The notes under the pieces are model-generated. The model ran no database searches. It was not told the origin of the DNA and saw only the letters and a program-made list of their open reading frames with translations. A program made the translations under genes and the position numbers. A stretch of 64,000 nt of DNA from Parachlamydiales bacterium (GTDB lineage Bacteria > Chlamydiota > Chlamydiia > Chlamydiales > SM23-39), in the NCBI GenBank assembly GCA_019694475.1, contig JAIBBX010000001.1:128001-192000 (forward strand). The letters run 5' to 3'. Position 1 is the stretch's first letter. Every line of letters starts with the position of its first letter. Below are positions 9,675 through 18,965 of the stretch, one piece after another.

Positions 9675-9733
9675 GTCGGGCGTGTTTGCTGGGCGCCGAG
9701 GCGCAGCGCGTACGCGCGCGTAGCATGCCCGAC
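9675..9733. terminator. GC-rich compound hairpin between convergent genes (candidate bidirectional terminator)
   Basis: GTCGGGCGTG (9675..9684) pairs with CATGCCCGAC (9724..9733), with one G-U pair. The interior holds a 12-bp perfect palindrome GCGCGTACGCGC (9706..9717). There is no clear U-tract. Confidence 0.45.
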
Positions 9734-9764
9734 GTCATAATTTAACTAATCTATCTATTCTATC

Positions 9765-10649
9765 CTAAATACCCCAGTTGAGGCTGGCGCCTGCGTAAGG
9801 GGCTCCTTGCACATCTGTGTAGAGGGAATGGTGGCCTTGGCGGTTCTTGATGTAAAAGGCCCCGCCAAAGTTATAGCCTCCAAAGAACTCTAGCTCCAGC
9901 TGCAAAAATTTCTCGTAGTGGACGTTGAATTCTAAGCCCATGGACGAATAGCTGAAGACGGAGCGGGGAGACGGTTCCATTTTCCCTGCGCGAAAGCGCT
10001 CTTTTAAAGGACGCCCCTTTAAAGCAATGCGCCATCTATCAGTGAGAATGTATTCGATCGAATAGTTGATTGGAAAGACTGCTTGAAAGAACCATTTTTT
10101 ATTGAGGGTATAATCAAGGCCGATGATAGGGTAGATTTCTTGTCCTTCAAAGCCTGTATAGCCTAAAGCTCCTACGTGGTAATGCCAATTGCAACGGAAT
10201 TCATGCGTTCCCCAAAGAAGGGCTGAGAAAAGTCCATAGGTTTTGGGCCTGGAAAAGTGTTTGATATCGACATTGTAGTCGATCCGCGCAATCCATCTCC
10301 AGGTCTCGACTGCTTGGGTAAGGAAAGTCAATGCGAACTGCATGTAGTGGAAGTGGGTTTCGCGAAAACGGGGATTGCGGTTCCAATCCATCGTAAAAGT
10401 ATTCCATTCGACCCGCGGCAGAAAAAAAGAACATTGGCTGATGGGTACAAAGCAGGTGGCAAAAGCGTTGGCTTTATTGAAAAGCAGCTCCCCATCTTCG
10501 GGTCCTCTTTTGCGCTTCACATCCGCGCTGCCAAGCGCAATGATATTGCCTCCCACATGGATGGGATGATAGTCCCAAATAGATTTTTCTTCGCAGCATT
10601 CATAGGCCATAAGCCCGCATGCGAAGAGAGTGAACAGTGCTTTCTTCAT
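9765..10649 (-). CDS. Putative outer-membrane beta-barrel protein
   Basis: The internal ATG at 10649 gives the signal peptide MKKALFTLFACGLMA. The sequence is aromatic-rich with alternating amphipathic strands. It has an ATGA overlap with the recN stop. The family is not recognised. Confidence 0.5.
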   Translation of the reverse strand: MKKALFTLFACGLMAYECCEEKSIWDYHPIHVGGNIIALGSADVKRKRGPEDGELLFNKANAFATCFVPISQCSFFLPRVEWNTFTMDWNRNPRFRETHFHYMQFALTFLTQAVETWRWIARIDYNVDIKHFSRPKTYGLFSALLWGTHEFRCNWHYHVGALGYTGFEGQEIYPIIGLDYTLNKKWFFQAVFPINYSIEYILTDRWRIALKGRPLKERFRAGKMEPSPRSVFSYSSMGLEFNVHYEKFLQLELEFFGGYNFGGAFYIKNRQGHHSLYTDVQGAPYAGASLNWGI

Positions 10650-12109
10650 GTTTTGCAACCCATCATTCGATTGTATTCGCGCATTTTTTCCTTTTCGCCC
10701 ATCTTTTGCACAATAGTATAGGTGCTCTCGTCCCGCGCTTCTTTCGAAACAAGAAAGTGGTCTTTCCCACATTTAGCAACTTGGACAAAATGTGTCACGC
10801 AAATCACTTGTCTAAATTGCGAAATACGTTTCAATTTCTCGCCGATTGCAGACGCAGTCTGTCCTCCTACATTGCTATCGATTTCATCAAAAACAAGAGT
10901 CGATTTTCCCTCGGACAGTATCGTCTTGATAGCAAGTAAAAGGCGCGATAGTTCGCCGCCGCTGGCGCACTTTTCAATAGGAATCGGCGGATGGCCTGGG
11001 TTGGCTGAAAAAAGAAATTCAATCTGTGCATCGATCGACACTTCGAATTGCGCATTCGGAATGTTGAGACTTTTTAGTTCATCGAGAATGAGGCTGGAAA
11101 ATTGCGGGGCTGCCTTTTTTCTCTTGCCGGTGATTGATTGGCTCCAAGTTTTGTTTTTTTCCTTCAGAGTAGCGAGCGATTTTTGCAAAGCATCGATTCG
11201 AACATCGATATTGGTTAAATGCTCAATGGTTGCATTCAGTTTTTCTTTTTGGGCTTCGATATCTGGACCGAATCTTCTTTTGAGCGTCACGATGGAGCCG
11301 ATTTCCCGTTCCAACGCCTCAAGACGGGCCGGATTTACTTCAATCCGGTCAGCATAACTTTGGATCGACTGATGCGCCTCCTCCAATTCAAGAAGAGCGC
11401 TTTTTACCGATTGCGCAATTGGCTGCAATTTAGCATCGAAACGGATCGAATGCTCCAAGCTGCTAAGTGCCCTTTTGAAGTTGGGCATTCCCTCCTCAAA
11501 AATAGAAGCCGCCATGCCGATTTTTTCGGCAAGCTCTTGAGCGTGGGTGAGGAGATGATGCTCAGCAGATAATTTTTCTTCTTCCTTCCATCTGACTTCT
11601 TCAATGAGGTCTAGATCTTTTTTAGCCCATTCGAGCTCCCGCTCTTTGGGCGTAGCAAGAAGGGAATTCAATTCGTTTTCGAGGGCCTTCTCTTCGCTAT
11701 TTGAAGCTTCATAAGCTTTGACTTCTTCGGAAATGTGCGCAAATTGGTCAAGAAGCTGTTTCTCTTGTCCGAGTATAGAGCTGCTTTGATCGACCATCTC
11801 GATCTGAACCGATTCTTTCAATACAGCAAGACTTACTTGCGCATCATCGATGAAGCACCGGTTTTTGCCAGAGCGGTAGATTTCTCTTCGGAGGATCGAA
11901 CCATCTTCAAATTCAGCTTCAACGATGGCCATATCCGACCCTTTCCGAATGCAGGATGTGTCGGCTCTTTCTCCGGAAATGAGGCGGATCGCAGATAAAA
12001 CGGCCGATTTGCCAGACCCAGTTTCTCCAGTGAGAATATTGAGCCCGCTTCCAAATTCTAAAACTGCAGACTGGATCAGGATCAAATTTTGGATTTTTAA
12101 CCGTTTCAC
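10646..12109 (-). CDS. recN: DNA repair protein RecN
   Basis: It has the Walker A motif GETGSGKS, a long coiled-coil middle, and a C-terminal SMC-type signature and Walker B (GGELSRLLLAIK, LVFDEID). The likely start is the GTG at 12109 (VKRLKIQNLILIQ), which forms a GTGA overlap with the rnhC stop. Confidence 0.9.
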   Translation of the reverse strand: MKRLKIQNLILIQSAVLEFGSGLNILTGETGSGKSAVLSAIRLISGERADTSCIRKGSDMAIVEAEFEDGSILRREIYRSGKNRCFIDDAQVSLAVLKESVQIEMVDQSSSILGQEKQLLDQFAHISEEVKAYEASNSEEKALENELNSLLATPKERELEWAKKDLDLIEEVRWKEEEKLSAEHHLLTHAQELAEKIGMAASIFEEGMPNFKRALSSLEHSIRFDAKLQPIAQSVKSALLELEEAHQSIQSYADRIEVNPARLEALEREIGSIVTLKRRFGPDIEAQKEKLNATIEHLTNIDVRIDALQKSLATLKEKNKTWSQSITGKRKKAAPQFSSLILDELKSLNIPNAQFEVSIDAQIEFLFSANPGHPPIPIEKCASGGELSRLLLAIKTILSEGKSTLVFDEIDSNVGGQTASAIGEKLKRISQFRQVICVTHFVQVAKCGKDHFLVSKEARDESTYTIVQKMGEKEKMREYNRMMGCKT

Positions 12110-12981
12110 AGTTCGCCCGTGGTTTTGAAATGGGTTTTCGCCACTTTGTCTAAAATCTCGGGCCCCCATTTCGCAATCAGTTTTTTCGCCGCCTCCTTTA
12201 CCTGGGCGCTCGCTCCCTTCGGAAGTTCCATGCCCACCTCCTCGCCAAGAGTCTTCATCCCTTCAAGGAAGGCGGCTCTTGCTAATATAGATGCGGCAGC
12301 TACAACTAAATCTTCTTCCCCGCGCACCTTTTGTTCTAGATCAATCTCGACTTTTTTCTGCCTAAGTGCGTTTTCCATTACATGTTTTTCTGCAAATTGA
12401 TCGAGGAGCGCTTTTTTGCAGCCCGTTTTGAGAGCTAGATCGCCTAGAGCAGCTGCGTGAGCCCACCCGAGAAGACGGTTCAAGTTTTTAAATTTCCCAT
12501 GGAGTTCATTGTATTTTTTAGGGAAGAGGCGGATGACAGTATAGGGAAACTCAGCACGCAGTTTCTTCGCAATTTTCAAAATCCCATCGTCAGAAATCCG
12601 TTTGCTATCGCGCGCTCCCAGTTCTCGCATTTTCTTAATTCCTTCGCTATCGCCATAGATTGCGGCTACGCAAAGAGGGCCGAAATAGTCTCCTTTGCCC
12701 GCTTCGTCCATTCCGATGTGCGGCTCTAAATTGAGGTGCGCGTCAGGGTGGGAATACTGGAATGTTTGCAAAATCTCAGGCTCGAGATAGAACTCCATGA
12801 ATTCTTTCATCTCTTTGCCTTGAACAGTGAGGCTGCCCGATTCATAAAGCGTGCAAGAGACGCCTTTTTTCTTTGCAGAAAAAATTGTGTAAGGAGGTTT
12901 TGAGAGTTCAAAACCTTGATTTTTCAAATCCTCCATCAATTTTGGAGCGAGTTTAACATCGATCTTCGTGGTAAAGGTCAT
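12106..12981 (-). CDS. rnhC: Ribonuclease HIII
   Basis: The ATG at 12981 gives MTFTTKIDVKLAPKLMEDLKNQGF, the RNase HIII N-terminal domain. The catalytic motif GMDEAGKGDYFGPL is present. Confidence 0.85.
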   Translation of the reverse strand: MTFTTKIDVKLAPKLMEDLKNQGFELSKPPYTIFSAKKKGVSCTLYESGSLTVQGKEMKEFMEFYLEPEILQTFQYSHPDAHLNLEPHIGMDEAGKGDYFGPLCVAAIYGDSEGIKKMRELGARDSKRISDDGILKIAKKLRAEFPYTVIRLFPKKYNELHGKFKNLNRLLGWAHAAALGDLALKTGCKKALLDQFAEKHVMENALRQKKVEIDLEQKVRGEEDLVVAAASILARAAFLEGMKTLGEEVGMELPKGASAQVKEAAKKLIAKWGPEILDKVAKTHFKTTGEL

Positions 12982-13045
12982 CCCTCTATTATAAGGAGTT
13001 TGACGGAATTGCACAAGGTGCTAGAATGATCCTTTCGGAGGAAAT

Positions 13046-13453
13046 ATGTCTGAAGGATTGAAAAAAATGGGCGAAAAGTTTCGCTCAAAGAGGGAAGAAA
13101 TGAGTCTGACCCTCAAAGAAGTTGAAAACGCAACATCGATTCGAATGGTCTATCTCCAAGCAATTGAAGAGGGGAGGATCGACCACTTTCTCTCCACTGT
13201 TTATGCTTTGGGGTTCATCCGTCAGTATGCTGGATTTTTAGGGATCGAACAGGAAAAACTGACAAAAGAATTTCCTGAAGCCCTAAGACTTCCTCCCGAA
13301 AAGCAAGATTTTGCCTACGGAATCGGAACGTTGGAAATGCGGGGAAGTCCCCATGGAGGTGTTCGTTGGATTCCAAATTTGATTTGGATCGCTGCTTTTG
13401 TAGTTGTTGCGATTTGTGCTTGGTACTTTGCGAAATTTGTTGGAATTTTTTAA
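13046..13453 (+). CDS. rodZ: RodZ-like HTH (Xre-type) protein with a single C-terminal TM segment
   Basis: It has an N-terminal HTH (MSLTLKEVENATSIRMVYLQAIEEG) followed by a TM segment (IWIAAFVVVAICAWYF). The short form resembles chlamydial RodZ homologs. Confidence 0.6.
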   Translation: MSEGLKKMGEKFRSKREEMSLTLKEVENATSIRMVYLQAIEEGRIDHFLSTVYALGFIRQYAGFLGIEQEKLTKEFPEALRLPPEKQDFAYGIGTLEMRGSPHGGVRWIPNLIWIAAFVVVAICAWYFAKFVGIF

Positions 13454-13477
13454 GTTCAACATATATGGTGTAAAACG

Positions 13478-15262
13478 ATGGAGCATCTAGGCGATTACAC
13501 CATTTTAAAAAAATTAGGCGAAGGCCCCTTTGGCGAGGTATTTCTCGCTGAGCACCGCTTTATTAAGCGGCAATTCGCTCTAAAACTCTTGCCCGAAGAG
13601 ATCTGCGCAAACGCGCTTTTCATGCGCCGTTTCGAATCGGAAATTTCGGAAATCGCAGCGCTCGATCACCCAAATATTGCAAAGATCCACAACATATCAT
13701 CGGCAAACGACCGATTTTTCATCGTCACAGACCCCCAAGTCGATTCCCTCGGCCAAACCATGCATCTCGAGAGATATCTCGAATTGAAAGGAAAAGGGCT
13801 TGCCGAGGAAGATTATCTGCAGCTTTTGGGGCAAGTGGCCTCAGCTCTCGATTATGCGCATGAGGCGGGCTTGACTCATGGCGCTCTTAAATTGACCAAT
13901 ATATTAGTCGCTCCTGATGAAAAAGGTGTGCGATTGCTCCTCTCTGATTTTGGTTTGACCCGTTTGATCGGCGAAAAAATTTGTCTCATTAGGCTGTGTC
14001 AAAAAATGGCGCAAAATTTTCCGAGTTCGCCCTTCATTCGATCTTTTGCCTTTTTAAGTCCTGAACAAAAAATGGCCGAAGGGGAAATTTCAGAGAAGGT
14101 AGATGCCTATGCGTTTGGCATTCTTGCCTATTATTTTCTTTTCAGAAAAATTCCTGAAGGCTGTTTTGATTTGCCATCTCGCGGCTTGCCAGATTTAACC
14201 CAAAATTGGGATCTTCTCATCAGCCGCTGTCTGCAAACGAATGCAAATATCCGTCCCCAAAAATTGACGGGGGCGATGAAGGAATATCTCCCTGCGCCAA
14301 AAGCCATCTTGAAAGAAATGCTGCATCTATCTGAGGCAGAGCCTAAACCCGATGCAGGACAGCAAATGGCTTTTGAATTGGAAGCATCTGAGCCGGCCGT
14401 TCCAGTCGAGCCGCCAAAACCGGTATTGAAGCCGCAAGAGATCGCAAGACCTGAGTTCGAACCCGATCCAGGCGCGATTTTCCAACGCGAAACCCACGTT
14501 TCTCATTATACTCCGACCAAAGTAGAGGCCCCTGAAATCGAACCCATCCTCACTGAAATGATTGTGGTTCCAGGCGGAACTTATGTGAGGGGCAGCAGTG
14601 AAGGCGCTCGCGATGAAATGCCTCGCCACAAAGTGAATCTCGTTAGCTTCGCCCTCGACATTCATCCTGTTACGAACGATCAATTTGTCCGTTTCCTCCA
14701 GGCGATGGGAGGAGAGAAAGACCATAATAACAATGATATCATCCGTTTGCGCGATTCAAGGATCAAACGATCGGGCGGAAAACTGATCATTGAATCTGGC
14801 TATGCAAAACATCCTGTTGTCGGAGTTACTTGGTATGGGGCAATTGCCTATGCGAAGTGGATAGGCAAGAGGCTGCCGACAGAGGCTGAATGGGAAGCTG
14901 CGTCTACAGCTGGGCGCGATACCATTTATCCTTCCGGCGCTGAAATCGAAAGGAGCCAGGCCAATTTTTTCAGCTCTGACACAACCGCGGTCATGAGCTA
15001 TCCACCGAACCCATTCGGCCTTTATGACATGGCCGGAAATGTCTACGAATGGTGCCAGGATTGGTACGCCTACAACTACTACGATGCATCGGCCGTCGAA
15101 CCGGATAATCCGCACGGTCCTCCTCAAGGAGTCTACCGCGTTCTCCGGGGCGGCTGTTGGAAAAGTCTAAAAGATGACCTGCGCTGCTCTCACCGTCACC
15201 GGAATAATCCCGGTGCAGTGAATGGCACGTACGGTTTTCGCTGCGCCGCAGACGTGTCATGA
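13478..15262 (+). CDS. pkn1: Ser/Thr protein kinase-like domain fused to a C-terminal FGE-sulfatase (SUMF1) domain (Pkn1-type)
   Basis: It has the G-loop LGEGPFGEV, the lysine motif FALKLL, DFG and SPE. The C-terminal half carries FGE motifs (HPVVGVTWYGAIAYAKW, RLPTEAEWE, GNVYEWCQDW, RVLRGGCW). The catalytic loop reads HGALKLTN instead of HRDLKxxN. Confidence 0.85.
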   Translation: MEHLGDYTILKKLGEGPFGEVFLAEHRFIKRQFALKLLPEEICANALFMRRFESEISEIAALDHPNIAKIHNISSANDRFFIVTDPQVDSLGQTMHLERYLELKGKGLAEEDYLQLLGQVASALDYAHEAGLTHGALKLTNILVAPDEKGVRLLLSDFGLTRLIGEKICLIRLCQKMAQNFPSSPFIRSFAFLSPEQKMAEGEISEKVDAYAFGILAYYFLFRKIPEGCFDLPSRGLPDLTQNWDLLISRCLQTNANIRPQKLTGAMKEYLPAPKAILKEMLHLSEAEPKPDAGQQMAFELEASEPAVPVEPPKPVLKPQEIARPEFEPDPGAIFQRETHVSHYTPTKVEAPEIEPILTEMIVVPGGTYVRGSSEGARDEMPRHKVNLVSFALDIHPVTNDQFVRFLQAMGGEKDHNNNDIIRLRDSRIKRSGGKLIIESGYAKHPVVGVTWYGAIAYAKWIGKRLPTEAEWEAASTAGRDTIYPSGAEIERSQANFFSSDTTAVMSYPPNPFGLYDMAGNVYEWCQDWYAYNYYDASAVEPDNPHGPPQGVYRVLRGGCWKSLKDDLRCSHRHRNNPGAVNGTYGFRCAADVS

Positions 15263-15762
15263 CAGCGATCATGTTTGTATGCATGGCCAATATTTGCAGA
15301 TCTCCTGCTCTAATGGCTGTGTTAAATCATTTAGCTGCCGCAAAAAAAATGGAAGTTCATGCCGATAGTTCTGGAATCGGTTGGGTCCATTTGGGAGAAA
15401 GACCCTCGCAGCGCACTTTTGAGGCTGCGAAAAAACGGGGGATTCTGATCGATCACAGAACCCAGCAATTTCAAGACGAGTTTTTTGAAATCTACGATCT
15501 CATTTTGACTGTCGATGAAGAGATCGCCGAACAGCTTAAATTACGCGGCCCCAAATACGCTCATAAAATCCGGCTTGCTTCAGATTTCAGCCGTAAATAT
15601 AAAGGCATGCCAATTCCTGATCCTTATTATCTAAGCGATAATGGTTTCGATGAGGTGCTAGAGATGATTATCGATTGTTGCGAAGGTCTTCTTGATCATT
15701 TATCGAAGCAAAAGGTAAAAGGAGGAAATGAGCGACTCGACGGAAAAAGTAGTCCATCTTGA
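15259..15762 (+). CDS. Low-molecular-weight protein tyrosine phosphatase
   Basis: It has the P-loop CMANICRS (C-X5-R-S) at the N-terminus and a DPYY general-acid motif. It has an ATGA overlap with the kinase stop. Confidence 0.85.
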   Translation: MTAIMFVCMANICRSPALMAVLNHLAAAKKMEVHADSSGIGWVHLGERPSQRTFEAAKKRGILIDHRTQQFQDEFFEIYDLILTVDEEIAEQLKLRGPKYAHKIRLASDFSRKYKGMPIPDPYYLSDNGFDEVLEMIIDCCEGLLDHLSKQKVKGGNERLDGKSSPS

Positions 15763-17590
15763 GAAAAAGAGTTTAAAGCGCGCCATCGGCGCCCCCGAAC
15801 TGTTCGCAATCGGGTACGGAGACGTTGGATCATCCCTTTACTACGCATTAGGTCTCACTGCCCTTTACGCTCTTGGAGCAACTCCTATAGCTTTAGCGAT
15901 CGCAGGTTTTGTCTTTTTTTGCACAGCGCTGACCTATGCGGAAATGTCTACGACCTTCCCGGAGCCAGGAGGCTCGGCCACTTTTTCCCGCTACGCGTTC
16001 AATGATCTTGTTTCATTCATAGCTGGGTGGGGACTTTTACTCGATTATATTGTTACAATCGCGATTTCTGCTTTTGCGATCCCGCCCTATCTTTCTTATC
16101 TCATTCCTTTCACAAATACAGTTTGGGTGCAGATTGCGATCACGATTGGCATCATCGTTTTTCTTTATCTTCTGAATGTAGTCGGTGTAAAGCATTCAGG
16201 GACTTTTAGCTTAATTCTAGCCGTTGTGACAATTGTTTCTCAGGCGCTTGTAATCTTATTGGGCGCTATTTTAACGATCAATCTACCATACATCATCGAC
16301 CATCTTCGGATAGGAGTTCCAGGAGAAGCATGGTCGCCGAATTGGGGGCAATTTTTAACAGGCGTTGCGATGGCGATGGTTGCCTATACTGGGATTGAGT
16401 CGATCACTCAGCTTGCAGCAGAAACCAGGAAACCTTCCATTTCGATTCCACGCGCGATCAAGTCAACGATGTATATGTTGATCGTTTTTTATATTTTGAT
16501 CGCTTTTGTAGGTCTTTCAGTCATGTCCCCAGAAGATTTAGGGACAACATATATGCAAGATCCGATTGCAGGCATTGTGGCCCACCTTCCATTTGGTGGA
16601 AAGTGGCTGGCTCCTTGGTTTGGCTTGATTGCCGCTCTCATTCTGCTTATCGCATCAAATGCGGGGATCATTGGAGCATCAAGGCTTGCCTTTTCCATGG
16701 GAGAATACTACCAACTGCCCCATTTCTTCTATCGGATGCACCCCAAATTCCGAACTCCCTACGTCTCTCTCGCAATCTTTGCCTTTTCCGCTTCTTTCAT
16801 CGTCATCTTAAGCCGCGGCAAGATGCTTTTTCTTGCAGACCTATATAACTTTGGCGCGCAGATTGCCTTTTTCTTCGCCCACCTCTCACTGATTGTTCTT
16901 CGATTCAAAAAGCCGAATTTGACCCGTCCCTTTAGAGCCTATTGGAATATACCGGTAGGGAAAGGTAAATCCGTTCCAATCACAGCCGTATTAGGCGCTT
17001 TAGCAACCTTTGCTGTTTGGCTGATTGTTGTGATCACAAAGCCAGATGGGAGAAATTTAGGGGTCATTTGGCTGATTCTTGGATCGATCATGTATTTCTA
17101 TTATCGAAAACAGAAAAAGATCGCTCCCATGGGGCAGCTGTCAATCGAGAAGATTAAAATCCCCGAATATCATCCCATGCACCTCAAACATATTCTTGTG
17201 TCGGTTCGTTCGACGGGAAATACGGAAGCTCTTCAGACAGCCTGCCAATTAGCTAAAAGTTTTGGAGCAAAGCTCACCGCTGTGCATATCCTTGAGGTTC
17301 CCTCATCTCTTCCGATCCACGCTCCAATGCAAGATCGAGAGGCAAAAGGAGCTGTCGCATTAAAACGGGCCGAAGCTGTGGCCAGAGAATACCACCTTCC
17401 GATTGAATTAAAGCTGGTCCGAGCCCGTTCTATTGAAGGGGCTGTATTGGAGCTTGTGAATCATGGCGAATATGACATGGTAGTTGTCAGCGCATTCAAA
17501 GACGAACTGAAAGATAAAAAGCATTTCGCTGTCGAACTGGAAAAACTCCTCAAAACCGCGCCTTGCCGCGTTTTATACTGCAAATCTTGA
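15728..17590 (+). CDS. APC-family amino acid permease fused to a C-terminal universal stress protein (UspA) domain
   Basis: 620 aa. About 12 TM segments of APC type (GAPELFAIGYGDVGSSLYYALG) are followed by a cytosolic Usp-like domain (HILVSVRSTGNTEAL...MVVVSAF). Confidence 0.8.
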   Translation: MSDSTEKVVHLEKKSLKRAIGAPELFAIGYGDVGSSLYYALGLTALYALGATPIALAIAGFVFFCTALTYAEMSTTFPEPGGSATFSRYAFNDLVSFIAGWGLLLDYIVTIAISAFAIPPYLSYLIPFTNTVWVQIAITIGIIVFLYLLNVVGVKHSGTFSLILAVVTIVSQALVILLGAILTINLPYIIDHLRIGVPGEAWSPNWGQFLTGVAMAMVAYTGIESITQLAAETRKPSISIPRAIKSTMYMLIVFYILIAFVGLSVMSPEDLGTTYMQDPIAGIVAHLPFGGKWLAPWFGLIAALILLIASNAGIIGASRLAFSMGEYYQLPHFFYRMHPKFRTPYVSLAIFAFSASFIVILSRGKMLFLADLYNFGAQIAFFFAHLSLIVLRFKKPNLTRPFRAYWNIPVGKGKSVPITAVLGALATFAVWLIVVITKPDGRNLGVIWLILGSIMYFYYRKQKKIAPMGQLSIEKIKIPEYHPMHLKHILVSVRSTGNTEALQTACQLAKSFGAKLTAVHILEVPSSLPIHAPMQDREAKGAVALKRAEAVAREYHLPIELKLVRARSIEGAVLELVNHGEYDMVVVSAFKDELKDKKHFAVELEKLLKTAPCRVLYCKS

Positions 17591-17618
17591 AATAAATTAC
17601 CTGCTCAACATAAATTCT

Positions 17619-17942
17619 ATGCAAAAATATATGTCTGTTTCACCCGCAACAGATTCTCGCAACAGCGCAACTCCAACAATTTTGGATGTGACGCAAACTG
17701 TTTGGAGAGAGCGGCAAATTTTGTGGCTTGATCTCATTTTCGATCGAACCCGCTCAAAAGATCGATTATTAAATGCGGTCAATCAATTGAAATACCAGGT
17801 TTTAGAATTGCCTCCCTCCAAACCTGATAAACGTTTCTGCGTTCGAGTTGTGACCCCTTTTCGAGCCTTTGAAGATTTATTATTCACAATATTGGAACTA
17901 TTTCCTGGAAGCGACAAGCTATTGGACCAAAAAATTAAATAA
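17619..17942 (+). CDS. Hypothetical protein
   Basis: 107-aa ORF in an otherwise unassigned interval. There is no strong SD and no family was recognised. Confidence 0.4.
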   Translation: MQKYMSVSPATDSRNSATPTILDVTQTVWRERQILWLDLIFDRTRSKDRLLNAVNQLKYQVLELPPSKPDKRFCVRVVTPFRAFEDLLFTILELFPGSDKLLDQKIK

Positions 17943-17954
17943 AATGGAGTTTTT

Positions 17955-18281
17955 ATGTCTGCAGCAGCACTTGCTATGAATGCATCGCCTCACAATTTCG
18001 TTTTATGCGAGCAAGCGAGAGGAACTACCCGTAGCGCCCCTCCAACTGAGTCCGATTCGAGAGAAAAAGCGAAACGATTAGCGCAACGGATTTTAGTTCA
18101 AGATGTTCGGCTTGAAATTCAAGAAAAGGATGCTGTTCAACTTGAGCAGAGAAATGTTTACAAAGCTCATCCCGATCTTGAATACCGCATTCGAGAAGAA
18201 GTGAAGTGCGTAGAGCGTCTAGATGATGCTCCCGTCACCGATGTGAATGCGTTTTTGGCTGGCCTGTCTCAGAAGGCATGA
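17955..18281 (+). CDS. Hypothetical protein
   Basis: 108-aa ORF with a weak SD (TGGAG). Its 3' end overlaps the convergent ABC ATPase gene by 63 nt. Confidence 0.4.
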   Translation: MSAAALAMNASPHNFVLCEQARGTTRSAPPTESDSREKAKRLAQRILVQDVRLEIQEKDAVQLEQRNVYKAHPDLEYRIREEVKCVERLDDAPVTDVNAFLAGLSQKA

Positions 18282-18965
18282 AAGGAGGATTTTTGTGTAG
18301 GGGTGGCTCGGATGATCAAATAGATCATCTGTAAGAGCTTCTTCAACGATCCTCCCTCCATGCATCACAGCGATCCGGTTTGAAATATGCCGGACCATGG
18401 CTAAATCGTGGCCGATGAAAAGAATGGTCAGCCCCAGGCTTTTTTGCAGATGTTGAAGAAGGCCTACGATCTGGGCCTGGATCGATACATCGAGCGCAGA
18501 AATCGGTTCATCGCAAATCAGCACGTCGGGGTTGAGGGCAAGGGCTCTTGCGATGCCGATCCTTTGTCTCTGTCCGCCGCTGAATTCGTGCGGATACCGG
18601 TTTTGGGCTTCACGCGGCAAAGAAACCAAATCGAGCAACTCATCGACCCGATCGGGGAGTCCATGGATTTGCGTTGGTTCTCTCAGAATCGAGCCGACGC
18701 TCATCCGGGGATTGAGCGATGAATAGGGATCTTGGAAGATCATTTGCATCCGGCGTGGCAATAATCCTGTTTTCTTCTTCCCTTCAAAGAAAACTTCTCC
18801 GGAAGTAGGCTCAATCAGACCCAAAATCAACTTGCCAAGAGTCGATTTTCCCGACCCCGATTCTCCGACAAGGCCAAGAGTTTCTCCCTTCTCTATTTTC
18901 AGATTGACCTGATTAACCGCCGTCCATTTTTTATAGATTTTGGTGATTTTTTTTACTTCAATCAT
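18219..18965 (-). CDS. Oligopeptide/dipeptide ABC transporter ATP-binding protein (OppF/DppF-type)
   Basis: The ATG at 18965 ([11 protein letters not shown]) forms an ATGA overlap with the upstream stop. Walker A GESGSGKS, signature SGGQRQR and Walker B LICDEP are present. Confidence 0.9.
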   Translation of the reverse strand: MIEVKKITKIYKKWTAVNQVNLKIEKGETLGLVGESGSGKSTLGKLILGLIEPTSGEVFFEGKKKTGLLPRRMQMIFQDPYSSLNPRMSVGSILREPTQIHGLPDRVDELLDLVSLPREAQNRYPHEFSGGQRQRIGIARALALNPDVLICDEPISALDVSIQAQIVGLLQHLQKSLGLTILFIGHDLAMVRHISNRIAVMHGGRIVEEALTDDLFDHPSHPYTKILLSCLLRQASQKRIHIGDGSII

